Program-made: the position numbers and the translations under genes
Shown here: positions 31,330 to 40,086 of the stretch, in pieces
How the letters are laid out: the number at the start of each line of letters is the position of its first letter
Position numbering within the stretch: position 1 is the first letter of the stretch
NCBI GenBank assembly: GCA_963663475.2
Contig: CAXXJV010000001.1
Span: 2,656,001 to 2,720,000 of the forward strand
Direction of reading: 5' to 3'
Length of the DNA stretch: 64,000 nucleotides
Source of the DNA: Candidatus Cloacimonadales bacterium
GTDB taxonomy: Bacteria; Cloacimonadota; Cloacimonadia; Cloacimonadales; JAFGVF01
The notes under the pieces: model-generated
The model's input: only the letters and a program-made list of their open reading frames with translations
Database searches by the model: none
Told to the model about the DNA's origin: nothing

Positions 31330-31941
31330 ATGGCAGAAGTAAGAGTTGATGGAAGAACTAAATTATGGATAAATCCTGATGGCTATGAAGTACCAATCAG
31401 GTATATAGATAAAGATGATCAGAATAGAGATAAGCTAGTCACTGAAGTCTTTAGTGAAGTTGATAAACTGGTAAGTGATTTAACTTCATTCAAAAGCAAA
31501 CTAGCAAAAATGGTAGATGATTACCTAGATTCCTTAGCCCATAAACATAATGAGAAATGGAAAGGCAATGCTGTTATAATGGACTTTGCTGAGAAACATA
31601 GAATTGATGTTAGTATTAGTGATAAAATCAGCTTTGATAATAAGCTACAGATTGCTAAATCTAAGATTGATAACTATATCAAAAGCTTAGTAAAAAATGC
31701 AGGCAAAGAGATTGTTATGCTTATAAACAAGGCCTTTAATGTAGATAAAAAGGGAAATGTTGATGTAAAACAGATTCTATCCCTTAGGACATTGAAGATT
31801 GAACATCCTGAATGGCAAGAAGCAATGGATCTAATCTCTGAAGCTATCAGAATTGATTCTACTAAGCGATATTTTAACTTCAAAGAAAAGCAAGAAGATG
31901 GGAGCTGGAAATCAATTACTTTGAATTTTTCAGCACTGTAG
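31330..31941 (+). CDS. DUF3164 family Mu-like phage protein
   Basis: KGN, I.FD.KLQIAK..ID, AF.VDK.G, W.EAM..I. Confidence 0.85.
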   Translation: MAEVRVDGRTKLWINPDGYEVPIRYIDKDDQNRDKLVTEVFSEVDKLVSDLTSFKSKLAKMVDDYLDSLAHKHNEKWKGNAVIMDFAEKHRIDVSISDKISFDNKLQIAKSKIDNYIKSLVKNAGKEIVMLINKAFNVDKKGNVDVKQILSLRTLKIEHPEWQEAMDLISEAIRIDSTKRYFNFKEKQEDGSWKSITLNFSAL

Positions 31942-32008
31942 GGAAAGAACCACCCCGTCTTGGAAATACCAAGCCACCCCTCCGTAGAGGGGAATTAATG
32001 GAGGGTAA

Positions 32009-32197
32009 ATGAATCCAGATAAAAAGCGTGTGGGGTGCTTGGTGCCACTTTGTCAGGAGAGTTGGTGCAGTACTAAGAGAAAGAGGTTCTGTGCCCTCAG
32101 ACGCTGTTTTTTGGAGCATCAAAAGCAGGTACGTAAAGCTGTGGCAGGTAATGTAGAACTTTATCACTATGTGTACTACTGGAGAAAAAAGAAGTGA
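32009..32197 (+). CDS. Small Cys-rich phage protein
   Basis: 62 aa, GGAGG RBS. Confidence 0.5.
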   Translation: MNPDKKRVGCLVPLCQESWCSTKRKRFCALRRCFLEHQKQVRKAVAGNVELYHYVYYWRKKK

Positions 32198-32343
32198 ATA
32201 AGAAGTATAAGAAAATAAGAGTTAGGATTAAAGAACTTAAAGGCAGTGGGTTTCGGTTAAAAGACTGCTTTAAAATTGTAGCAGGGGAATTCTTTTTATC
32301 TGAAGCAAGAGTGGCTGATATTTGGAGATTTAAGAAGAGTTGA
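32194..32343 (+). CDS. Small HTH protein (Mor/C-like C-terminal HTH), absent from ORF track
   Basis: GTG start overlaps upstream TGA; MNKKYKKIRVRIKELKGSGFRLKDCFKIVAGEFFLSEARVADIWRFKKS. Confidence 0.55.
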   Translation: MNKKYKKIRVRIKELKGSGFRLKDCFKIVAGEFFLSEARVADIWRFKKS

Positions 32344-32408
32344 AGGTTAAAGAGCTTTTACACTAATTAGCACGAATTATAACGAATTAACACGAATAGG
32401 AGAAAAGA

Positions 32409-32594
32409 ATGAATGAAAAAAAAAAGCAATGTGTACACAAGTGGGTATTCATGGAGTCAAACAAGTTTTCTGAGTATAGAGGTAATCGAAATTATAATTA
32501 CACTAAAATAGATAGATTTTACTGTGAGAAGTGTTTAAAAACTAAAGAAGTTAAACACGAAGAAACAAGTTATGAAAGACCAGACTGGTACTAA
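32409..32594 (+). CDS. Small zinc-finger-like phage protein
   Basis: C.H.W and YCEKCL motifs; AGGAG RBS. Confidence 0.6.
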   Translation: MNEKKKQCVHKWVFMESNKFSEYRGNRNYNYTKIDRFYCEKCLKTKEVKHEETSYERPDWY

Positions 32595-32619
32595 TAGGAG
32601 AAGAGTGAGGAAACATCAA

Positions 32620-32838
32620 ATGTGTAATTGCATAAAAGAACATTGCCGTGAGATGCGAAAGATACGAAAGGCTCCTAATGAAAGGGTGGGTTATAAGTAT
32701 CAAATACCAGGTAAGAACAAGTATTTTTTACCTTTTAATGTAAGTAATGATAAATATGATACTATTGAAACAATAATCGTCCCAATGGTATTTTGTCCAT
32801 TTTGTGGAGATAGGATAATTAGTAGAGATGATGAATAA
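32620..32838 (+). CDS. Small zinc-binding phage protein
   Basis: MCNC...FCPFCG. Confidence 0.6.
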   Translation: MCNCIKEHCREMRKIRKAPNERVGYKYQIPGKNKYFLPFNVSNDKYDTIETIIVPMVFCPFCGDRIISRDDE

Positions 32839-32850
32839 GGACTAACCACT

Positions 32851-33573
32851 ATGACCACAAAAGAGAAGATTAATCAGATATATAAGGAATTGATAGAGAT
32901 TGTAGGGCTTGAAATCCTGGAAGTCAAGACCCTGCAATTTCTGCAAAGGTTGAAGAAGAAAGAAGTAGCCGGCAAGGATGCCAGCGCTCCCAGCAAAAGG
33001 GGAATAAGTGTAGATATTTATCAACAGATAGTGGAAGAACTTAACCAAAAGACAGGGAAACAATATCGCTGGAATACCACAGAGACAAAAGCCTTGATCA
33101 GAGCCAGGTTAAATGATGGCTTTAGTCCTGAAGACTTTAAAAAGGTGATATTTATTAAGTCAAAACAATGGTTAGGAGATGAAAAATTTACTCCATACTT
33201 GCGACCTAAGACTTTGTTTAGTAGTAAATTTGAGGGATATTTGCAAGAATGGTATTCTTATCAGAAGAAACTTGATCAACAGAAAGCAGAGTATGAGAAA
33301 GCTAAGAGGATTGAGAGAGGAGAAGCTGATCCTGAAATAAGCCAGGAAGAACTTCAAAAGCAAAAAGAGTGGGAGGAGTTGAGTAAGAAGCTACTCGCAA
33401 AGGCTAGTGATGAGGATTATAAGGAGTTTTATAAGCAACTTAAAGCACCCTTTAAACAGATGGCTTTTAAGAAGGGACTAGAAGATAACCTGGTGAAGTT
33501 GTATTATATACAGTGGTTGAAGATGAATCTATCCACGGATCACACTAATAACACGAATAAGGAGGAGAAATAA
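32851..33573 (+). CDS. Protein with conserved phage C-terminal (Phg_2220_C-like) domain
   Basis: LNQKTGKQY...LIRARL..GF..EDFKKVI..K..QW.GD..F..YLRPKTLF..KFEGYL. Confidence 0.8.
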   Translation: MTTKEKINQIYKELIEIVGLEILEVKTLQFLQRLKKKEVAGKDASAPSKRGISVDIYQQIVEELNQKTGKQYRWNTTETKALIRARLNDGFSPEDFKKVIFIKSKQWLGDEKFTPYLRPKTLFSSKFEGYLQEWYSYQKKLDQQKAEYEKAKRIERGEADPEISQEELQKQKEWEELSKKLLAKASDEDYKEFYKQLKAPFKQMAFKKGLEDNLVKLYYIQWLKMNLSTDHTNNTNKEEK

Positions 33574-33574
33574 T

Positions 33575-33844
33575 ATGACAGAAGAAAAAAGAAAAGAAAA
33601 GAATGGCGGAGAGAATCTCCACCGTCCGACAGAAGAGACTAAAGGTGTTGTGCTCAACCCACTAAGTCAGGTGATTGAAGAAGAGAAGATTAAGAAAGTT
33701 GAAAATATGACTATGGACGAACTAAAAGAGATGTTAACCGGGATAGATAAAGACCTGAAGTATGTACGAAATCTAAGTGTGGAGTTGAACAAACAGAGGG
33801 ATAACTTACACAGATATATTAAGATAAGGAGGAGGAAGAGATGA
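33575..33844 (+). CDS. Phage hypothetical protein
   Basis: GGAGGAG RBS, coiled coil. Confidence 0.55.
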   Translation: MTEEKRKEKNGGENLHRPTEETKGVVLNPLSQVIEEEKIKKVENMTMDELKEMLTGIDKDLKYVRNLSVELNKQRDNLHRYIKIRRRKR

Positions 33845-34362
33845 AATTAAGTGACATTAGAGAAAGAGTTGTTTATGGAGTGAAGTTAAAAGAGAGGACA
33901 GATAACAAGTTAGAGGAGTTATTATTAGAAATCCAGCTAGATATAGAAGATGCAAAAACAAAGCTAAAAAACAAGAAAACAATAGACAAGGAAATAAGGA
34001 GACTTCTCAAGCTTAGGAAAAGAGGCTTAGACCCTGGACCAAGACCTAAGATAATACCACCTTCAAAACCTAAAAGAAATAACAATACAACTTCAGGAAC
34101 ATTTTTTAATCAAGAAGCTGTTAAAGAAAAACCTCCAAAACCACAAACACCAACAGTTCATAAATGTGAATGGATATTTAAAGAAAGTAAGAAAGATATG
34201 AAATATTTAGATGATGATGAGGCAGCTAATAAGTTTGTGGTCGAATATACCAAGACAAGCACGTATTACTGTAATAAGTGTTTGAGAGAGACAATAGTAA
34301 CCAGACAATTAATAGTGCCGGTTGATGAAGATATGAAAGCTATAGAGCCTGAGTGGTATTAG
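33841..34362 (+). CDS. Phage protein with C-terminal Zn-finger-like module
   Basis: YYCNKCL...EPEWY, similar to 32409-32594. Confidence 0.6.
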   Translation: MKLSDIRERVVYGVKLKERTDNKLEELLLEIQLDIEDAKTKLKNKKTIDKEIRRLLKLRKRGLDPGPRPKIIPPSKPKRNNNTTSGTFFNQEAVKEKPPKPQTPTVHKCEWIFKESKKDMKYLDDDEAANKFVVEYTKTSTYYCNKCLRETIVTRQLIVPVDEDMKAIEPEWY

Positions 34363-34556
34363 GAGCAGAAATGACAGACATTAGATTTGTGTATTCAATC
34401 ATAGAAAGTAAAGAAAGGCATATTGCTAATCGTAGAAAAGAGAAATTGTATTGGCGTAAAGATATACGGAAACACAAGAACTATATTAGAGGATTAGAAA
34501 CAGAACTTAACCACTATAAAAGTATTTTAAATAAGTTAACACGAGTAACATATTAA
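34353..34556 (+). CDS. Phage hypothetical protein
   Basis: Short ORF; probable start ATG near 34371 after AGGAG. Confidence 0.45.
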   Translation: MVLGAEMTDIRFVYSIIESKERHIANRRKEKLYWRKDIRKHKNYIRGLETELNHYKSILNKLTRVTY

Positions 34557-34669
34557 CTTAATCATAATGCTTAAGAAGATATTTGAAAAGAGAAAGTCGG
34601 CAATAATAAATGAGAAAAATGTTGACCAATATGTGGAAAAGATAATTATTTGTGAAAAAAGGAGTGAAT

Positions 34670-35755
34670 ATGGAACTTATTATCTATGTATTAATTGGTT
34701 TAGTTATAATATCAATTGTTATCTATAGCAGAAAGCCAAAAGAGAATGAGCAAAAACCTAGTACAACCTTAAAGAAAGAAGATATCAAACCGAATAATAG
34801 CAATGTTGTAGAACTACAAGCTAATTTAGAAGTACAAATTGTGGATAAAGAAGAAGAAAACAAGAATGTTGAAGATGATAATCTTCAAGTTGAGTTAGCT
34901 AATTTTGACATGGAAGAAGATGATTATAGCAGTGATAAAGAGTATATGAAGTACATGAGAGAAGGCTTTTCTGAAGATGTATCGGATGAGATGCTTAAGG
35001 CATTAATTGATTTGCTTCATTCTGGAGAAGGGTATTATGGTTTTAGAGAAAAAATAAAAGGTTTATTACCACCAGATTTTTATTACAGATTTTATGATAA
35101 AGATAAGGACGTAAGTTTCAAAGGTTTAAAGAGTGCTTTAAATGTGATGAAAGTAATAACCAAACCAAATTATGTATGCAGTGGGTATTCAGAAAATTCT
35201 TTTTATTACTTTGATAATGAAGAAGATATTGATGCAAGATACTTTACAAGAGTTGAGACTTCAAGAGAGCATTATCAATCTTACATGCTAACACTGAACC
35301 TGAATGACATGAAGAAGATATTGCCTTTTAAGGTAAGAAAAAAAGATGATTATGTTAATGGGATACTTGATAGTGTTGATATTACGGAAGTTGTAGAAAA
35401 ACTTAGCATACCTAAAATGATAACTGTTGAAACTACTGATGAATTTGATCAGATTAGTGACAGTATAAAAGGATATAATGAATTAATTAACCCTAACCTT
35501 TATACGATGTTTAATACATTATTAAAGAAGCATTATAAATATAGAGACTATAAGCAAATGAAAGGAACAGTAGACTTTTTCCCTAAAATTGAAATAAGTG
35601 GAAATGTTGAATATTGTTGTGAGAATTGCAGAAGAAAAATGAAAATCATATCAGTTAATAAACTTCAGTTAAGAGATTTACCACCATACAGTGATTGTGT
35701 CAATGATGCAGAACCTTGTTCGATATATACTGAACTGAAAATGGAAGATGAATAA
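34670..35755 (+). CDS. Membrane-anchored phage accessory (moron) protein with Cys-rich C-terminus
   Basis: N-terminal TM helix, acidic region, CCENC...LPPY..C...C; own RBS and TTGACC upstream. Confidence 0.65.
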   Translation: MELIIYVLIGLVIISIVIYSRKPKENEQKPSTTLKKEDIKPNNSNVVELQANLEVQIVDKEEENKNVEDDNLQVELANFDMEEDDYSSDKEYMKYMREGFSEDVSDEMLKALIDLLHSGEGYYGFREKIKGLLPPDFYYRFYDKDKDVSFKGLKSALNVMKVITKPNYVCSGYSENSFYYFDNEEDIDARYFTRVETSREHYQSYMLTLNLNDMKKILPFKVRKKDDYVNGILDSVDITEVVEKLSIPKMITVETTDEFDQISDSIKGYNELINPNLYTMFNTLLKKHYKYRDYKQMKGTVDFFPKIEISGNVEYCCENCRRKMKIISVNKLQLRDLPPYSDCVNDAEPCSIYTELKMEDE

Positions 35756-35863
35756 ATAAAAGAGAAATATAAGAGACCACCCCGTCTTTTTCGAAGCCAC
35801 CCCTCCACAGAGGGGAATTAAAGCGGGTTGGAAGCCCACGATTCCAGTTAATTAAAATAATTC

Positions 35864-36105
35864 TTGACAGCGTGCAGTTCCTTCTTATTTTAGGAATTGC
35901 ACGTTCCTTAAGGGTTGAGCCTTGCCCTTATCAAAGGCTTTTGTTCTTTTATGCCAATGAAGGCAATGATAATAACTTCGATAACTTAAATAAAAAGTTA
36001 AAGGAGAGCCAATGATTGATAGTTCGGTGACGGCTATCACGTTACTTAAGGAACGGTGCAAATCTTGGCTCTCCTTTTTTTAATGCAAAAAACCTTAAGG
36101 AGCCT
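35864..36105 (+). promoter_or_regulatory. Promoter and structured c4/CI-type leader upstream of the antirepressor
   Basis: TTGACA 35864; TTGCACGTTCCTTAAG (35897-35912) complementary to CTTAAGGAACGGTGCAA (36045-36061); terminator stem AAGGAGAGCCAA/TTGGCTCTCCTT plus T-run; CCTTAAGG repeated over the RBS. Confidence 0.65.
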
Positions 36106-36108
36106 ATA

Positions 36109-36723
36109 ATGGCAAACGCAGTTGAAATTAACGGTCAGAACCTTCCTGTCCGCGAATATGAAGGAGTAAGAGTAGTTTTAGGTCAAGATGTTGCTAAAGT
36201 TCATCAAGTACAACCAGAATCAATTAACAAGTTATTCTACAGAAACAAAAAACACTTTGTTGAAAATGTCGATTATTTTAAACTAAGAGACAAAAAAGCC
36301 ATATACTCAATTTGTCCATATGCCTCTAAAAACGTAACTAAAGTTAATGTTTATACAGAGTCGGGATACTTAATGCTTGTTAAGACATTAACAGACGATT
36401 TGTCCTGGCAGGTACAGAGATTGCTTGTTAATAACTATTTCAAGGTACAGGAAATCAAGAAGGTATATGCCCAGAAGAAGCCGATAGTGGATTTGGTAAG
36501 TCTTTATCCTTTATTGGATGAAGTATATAAGCAGATACTGTATTATCGATTTGAGAAGGGATTAACCCAGGAAGAGACAGCAAAGATATTGGGAGTTGGG
36601 ATTAAAGCCATATACACAAGAGAGAGTGAGCTAAGAGCTGTTGGGATATCACTACCACAACAGAGACGAAATGGAGCTAAGTATCAGCTTACAGCACTAA
36701 AGTTATTGGCAGAGGTGAAATAA
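36109..36723 (+). CDS. ORF6N-domain antirepressor with C-terminal HTH
   Basis: EYEGVRVV...VAKVH...F.RNKKHFVENVDYF, YTESGYLMLVK.L.DDLSW.VQR.LVN.YF. Confidence 0.88.
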   Translation: MANAVEINGQNLPVREYEGVRVVLGQDVAKVHQVQPESINKLFYRNKKHFVENVDYFKLRDKKAIYSICPYASKNVTKVNVYTESGYLMLVKTLTDDLSWQVQRLLVNNYFKVQEIKKVYAQKKPIVDLVSLYPLLDEVYKQILYYRFEKGLTQEETAKILGVGIKAIYTRESELRAVGISLPQQRRNGAKYQLTALKLLAEVK

Positions 36724-36932
36724 TGAAGTTAGAACTAAGAGAAAAGATAGAGAACTTGTTATTGGCTCAAGATGAATATGCCAGGTTGTTGGTTGAGGCT
36801 GGTAGAACTGGGACTCCTGTTAGTGGTGATATATACATAATGCTAAGTGATGCTAAGGATAGATTGATGGAAGAGATGAGGATGATGAGTGGGAATGGAG
36901 TTACAGAATTGTCGGAAGTCGCTACTTCGTGA
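36723..36932 (+). CDS. Small hypothetical protein coupled to the antirepressor
   Basis: TAATG overlap, GAGGTG RBS. Confidence 0.55.
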   Translation: MKLELREKIENLLLAQDEYARLLVEAGRTGTPVSGDIYIMLSDAKDRLMEEMRMMSGNGVTELSEVATS

Positions 36933-37035
36933 GCAAGACCCGTCATTAAGAGAAGACCTTCACACTAATTAAGGCGAATTAAAACGAATTACACGAATAA
37001 ATCTTGCTTGAAGCAAGAAAGTGATTAAGATATAA

Positions 37036-37290
37036 ATAGAAGCACCGAAAGAGCTTAATCCTCGTTTGATTGGTGTGGACGGCTGGAGTTGGATAAGCAG
37101 ACTACGAGCCCCTTGACGGAAAGGGCTAACCTGGAAGCGACGTTTGTTGATTCGTGGCGTGTTAGCGTCTTAATATTAACATAGAAGTGGAGAGAGAGCT
37201 TAATCCTCGTTTGATCAAAGCGGAAACTATGATATGATTAAGGTATCTGATAGACCATAAAAAAGGGAACACGATGTGCTCCCTTTTTCT
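37036..37290 (+). ncRNA. Candidate tandem small structured RNAs (two related units, period 145 nt)
   Basis: ATAGAAG-N7-AGAGCTTAATCCTCGTTTGAT-N6-GGA at 37036-37079 and 37181-37224; promoter-like hexamers before each; 3' hairpins; no ORF. Confidence 0.55.
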
Positions 37291-37294
37291 TTTT
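37259..37294. terminator. Bidirectional intrinsic terminator
   Basis: AAAAAAGGGAACAC-GAT-GTGCTCCCTTTTT between convergent units. Confidence 0.75.
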
Positions 37295-37296
37295 AC

Positions 37297-40086
37297 TCAT
37301 TTCAATAAATAGCCCATTCTCTGCTTGTTCATGTATTTAGCATTAGCATCAAAGAAGTTAAAGTATTCTATGTTTCCTTCTTGGTTGATATAGGTAATAA
37401 CACAGATGTTATCACTATATTTTTTGAGGTAATAGGTTCTGAAGACTTTAGTGCTGTTGTTATTATGCTTCCAGATTTCATCAGGATTTTGAACAACATC
37501 ATCAATAGTATTCATGTATTTTAAGCGACTTGCTACTTCCTTTAGAGGTTTGTTTTCGAAATGCTTAACTGCTTTTGCACTGAGATAAACATCAGTATTG
37601 GTGGAGTCTTTTAAGTGTCTATCCCCCAAGAAGTTTTTATAATCCTCTAGCAATTCATCTTTAGTTTTACCATCTGTATCGTAGAGTTTTGGCAGTTTAT
37701 TCTCTGGCATATCTTTCCAATCCTTAAGCTTTAAATCCTTGTAGGTATTTGCATATAAATCAGGGCAATGCTTTTTACCTGAGTTGAAGATGTGTAAACG
37801 CTTGCTTCTGATAGACATTTCTGGGTATAAAATAGAAATGTTTTTAGCATCTTCACAGCTTAACCAATCCCCAAAGAGAGAATTGTCTTTGCCTACATTG
37901 CGTTTAAATTCTTTTTTAACATTTGAATCAGGAGGAACATCTCTCTTGAGTCCAGGGTCTCCGTTAGCTTCTTCTTCAGTGAGTTGTTCTTTACCACAAC
38001 GACAACCCCAGCCATTAGGAGGATAATACTCATCCCAGAAAGGATCATCTACATGTCTGACTATACCATCTAAGGCTCTATGTTCATCTCTCACCGCATC
38101 ATCTTGCATGGTAATATAACGGAGATAAGGGAAGATTTCTTTAGTGTCCTGGATATCTTTCCATTCTGCAGATGCACGAGCCGATTTAATAGCTTGTTGG
38201 AAGTTGGTTCTTAGGTGATAAGGATTATCAGGTTCAAAACCTTTTAGCTTTAGATTTTCCTGAAACTCTTGAAATGTAGTACCTTGAGTAAAGGCTTTTT
38301 CCGCTTCGGACTTAATCATGTCAAGCATGGATTGAGAAGTAACTCCTGCTACGATAAAGGTTTCAGCTCTGAATGCATGGAGGGCTTTGGTATCTTCCAG
38401 GGTCCAGTCTATTTCGAAGTTGAAGTCAGCCCCTAAATCCCCTGAAGGGGACTTTGAAGAAACCTCACACGAAGGCACGAAGGCACGAAGAGGGGAATTA
38501 AGAGAAGATGCGGGCTGGAAGCCCACGTTCCCAGTTAAGGAAGAGGAAGCTTTCTTCTTTAGAGAAGCTTTTCTTAGCTTATAGTATTCTTTAAGAAGTG
38601 TTTGATACATCTCATTCGCATAGGTTAAATAGAGGTCTTTAGGATAAGACATATTTTCTATATCTTTGAATGACTTGGCTTCTTTGATTTGAGATTTGAT
38701 TTTCTTGAGTTCTTTGAGGGAAGCCCCTAAATCACCTGAAGGGGACTTTGAAGATATACAGTCAGTTGAACTGCCTGTGCGGGCAGGGATGCCCGCGTTC
38801 CCAGTTATGGCGGCAGGGATGCCCGCGTTCCCAGTTATGCCGACAGGGATGCCCGTGTTCCCAGTTATGCCGACAGGGATGCCAGCGTTCCCAGTGGAGC
38901 CAACCCCAACCCTATTCTGAAAAGGGAAGAGCTGAGATGCAACCTCCTTTAGTTTTGCACCAGACTTTGGTACAGGGATGCCATAAGTGGTGTACCAATA
39001 ATCAGGTTCGATTTCGATGATATTATTTAGTTGAGTATCGATGTTTATCTTTGTGTTTAAATCAACATGTTCAGGGATAGTAAGAGTTACTTTAATATCT
39101 TGGTCAACGAAGTTCAATCTGTTTAACCTGGAGCAGATATAAGAGATATACTTAGAGCAGTCTCTGATGTCAGCCTGGAGGATATCCTGTCTGACCATGT
39201 TATGAACCTTAGCTTGAGCATAGGATCCTGTCTTTTCAGTATTAGTTGTGAGAGTTTGGCCAAGTATTCTTTTAGAGATTGATTTTTTACAGAAATCTAA
39301 AAGAGTTGCGTAGAGATTAGCATTAGCTGAAGCATTTTTAAAGTCTGCGAACTCAATTAGAGTATTTTCAGAGATAACAGCTCCTAAGTCTGTACCCAGG
39401 TTCTTTACCATAGACTTGAGTAGGTTCTTCTCTTCAGGAGTTGAACCTGGTTTATATTTACCAATTCTGATAGGTTTTCCATAGGTTTCAACAAAGGAAG
39501 CCCAGTTGTTGAGAGCAAAGGAAAAGAAAGCATAGTATTTGATAATAGACTCATAGACTGAATAATTTTGATATAGACGCACAAATTTATCATCAGAGAG
39601 GCTTTTCTTCTCATCTTCGACATACAAGACCAATTCAGATTTTTCAGCCCTCAAATCGAGGTTTTTGTATTCTATGAACTTGTCTATGGTATAAAGATTG
39701 TTTTCCAGCTTAAAGGTAATCTGACGAAAGAGAGAACCAGTTAGTTTTAAATCAAGAGCCTGGTCAATGAGGACTGTAAAAAAGTTCTCTAAAAAGGCTT
39801 TAAAGAAGTCTTGTTGTTGCTTCGAGAGACCTTCAGGGAAAGTGAAAGAAGCTGATTTAAGAGCTTCTACTCTGACATCAGTATCCCCAGCCAGGTTATC
39901 ATCAAGCTTATATAGTCTATCATATAAGTTATTAAGGTGTTTTAATCTTCCATTGTTGGCATTATGTAGAGCTAAATCCATTTCTGAAGGTGTGATTTTA
40001 GCTGACCAAAGAGGTTTTTCTTCCTCAATTTTATTTTGAGTTAAGATGGTTGTTGATGTTTTTTTAAATAAATCAAGTATATTCAT
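37297..40086 (-). CDS. Fusion of portal (Mu gp29/DUF935), MuF head morphogenesis domain (gp30) and C-terminal PBECR2-like nuclease
   Basis: Portal: W..FVETYGKP.RIGKY, ILGQTLTT...GSYAQAKVH. MuF: YLRY.T..D..VRDEH..LDG...DDPFW..YYPPNGWGCRC. C-terminus: RLKYMNTIDDVVQNPDEIW...YYLKKY. Start at ATG 40086 with AAGGAG. Confidence 0.85.
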   Translation of the reverse strand: MNILDLFKKTSTTILTQNKIEEEKPLWSAKITPSEMDLALHNANNGRLKHLNNLYDRLYKLDDNLAGDTDVRVEALKSASFTFPEGLSKQQQDFFKAFLENFFTVLIDQALDLKLTGSLFRQITFKLENNLYTIDKFIEYKNLDLRAEKSELVLYVEDEKKSLSDDKFVRLYQNYSVYESIIKYYAFFSFALNNWASFVETYGKPIRIGKYKPGSTPEEKNLLKSMVKNLGTDLGAVISENTLIEFADFKNASANANLYATLLDFCKKSISKRILGQTLTTNTEKTGSYAQAKVHNMVRQDILQADIRDCSKYISYICSRLNRLNFVDQDIKVTLTIPEHVDLNTKINIDTQLNNIIEIEPDYWYTTYGIPVPKSGAKLKEVASQLFPFQNRVGVGSTGNAGIPVGITGNTGIPVGITGNAGIPAAITGNAGIPARTGSSTDCISSKSPSGDLGASLKELKKIKSQIKEAKSFKDIENMSYPKDLYLTYANEMYQTLLKEYYKLRKASLKKKASSSLTGNVGFQPASSLNSPLRAFVPSCEVSSKSPSGDLGADFNFEIDWTLEDTKALHAFRAETFIVAGVTSQSMLDMIKSEAEKAFTQGTTFQEFQENLKLKGFEPDNPYHLRTNFQQAIKSARASAEWKDIQDTKEIFPYLRYITMQDDAVRDEHRALDGIVRHVDDPFWDEYYPPNGWGCRCGKEQLTEEEANGDPGLKRDVPPDSNVKKEFKRNVGKDNSLFGDWLSCEDAKNISILYPEMSIRSKRLHIFNSGKKHCPDLYANTYKDLKLKDWKDMPENKLPKLYDTDGKTKDELLEDYKNFLGDRHLKDSTNTDVYLSAKAVKHFENKPLKEVASRLKYMNTIDDVVQNPDEIWKHNNNSTKVFRTYYLKKYSDNICVITYINQEGNIEYFNFFDANAKYMNKQRMGYLLK
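38777..38896. repeat. 4 x 30-bp tandem palindromic repeat inside the portal-MuF ORF
   Basis: Units of type ATGCCGACAGGGATGCCCGTGTTCCCAGTT, translated as TGNAGIPVGI-like repeats. Confidence 0.92.

Noticed and set aside
37036-37224. TIGR array or tRNA
   Set aside because: Only two units 145 nt apart, no recognisable Nop-domain gene nearby, and no cloverleaf or T-loop
38387-39020. Plus-strand repetitive ORFs (65-90 aa)
   Set aside because: Shadow translations of the repeats within the portal-MuF gene
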